Positions 63,761-64,000 of a stretch of DNA of 64,000 nt are shown here, one piece after another; within the stretch, counting starts at the first letter, position 1; every line of letters begins with the position of its first letter. The notes below the pieces were generated by a model. It ran no database searches. It had not been told where the DNA came from and worked only from the letters and a program-made list of their open reading frames with translations. Where the stretch lies: positions 248,001 through 312,000 of the forward strand of contig CDRNST010000330.1 in NCBI GenBank assembly GCA_977016875.1, read 5' to 3'. The stretch comes from Pavona decussata (Eukaryota). Both the position numbers and the translations under genes were made by a program.

Positions 63761-64000
63761 ACAACAGGAAAGGTGAAATTTTAATTATGATATGTATTCT
63801 GAAATTCCAGAAATGCAAACTTCATGCTAAAATAAGATAATTATTTCATTGAGATTCACCACGATGACTGATTGAGAGATTTCATATCTTCATGGCATTT
63901 TGAAAACAATTTTTACCTTGCAATAATTGTGTGCAGACCTCCTCAATTGTCCTCTTCTTGAATAAGTAGGAAAATCGAAAAAACACATTTTCATCATTAA

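Larger units (their letters stand above)
55009..64000 (-). mobile_element. Giant RAG1/Transib-like transposon, copy B (right end, inverted; continues beyond the window)
   Basis: TIR at 55009, then kinase, accessory gene and the 3' exons of the transposase-Ulp1 gene, mirroring copy A. Confidence 0.75.
57539..64000 (-). repeat. Right arm of the inverted duplication
   Basis: Reverse complement of 36838-43362 with a few SNPs and indels. Confidence 0.97.

Overview
Eukaryotic, AT-rich, intron-containing DNA made almost entirely of nested transposable elements and tandem repeats. The repeat families and domain types suggest a cnidarian, probably a stony coral (inference). No intact host gene was found. 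The main discovery is a giant, decayed cut-and-paste transposon that can be rebuilt from two partial copies: copy A (+, 13814-43362) and an inverted copy B (-, 55009 to beyond 64000). It has 28-bp terminal repeats beginning CATGATG, the same 7 bases as the Drosophila P element. It encodes (i) a ~14-exon RAG1/Transib-type DDE transposase spliced in frame toward a C-terminal Ulp1/SENP (C48) protease, (ii) a convergent C2H2-finger gene of unknown function in the position RAG2L occupies in ProtoRAG, and (iii) a protein kinase. Its introns hold about ten nested elements, including a 7-kb Kolobok whose 11-exon transposase appears intact by manual splicing. The window also has two satellite arrays (one built from two optional modules), a near-full-length CR1/L2-type LINE, Tx1 and CR1 LINE fragments, many MITEs and a tRNA-like fold-back insertion. 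All exon models were read by eye and boundaries are approximate unless a TSD or TIR is quoted.
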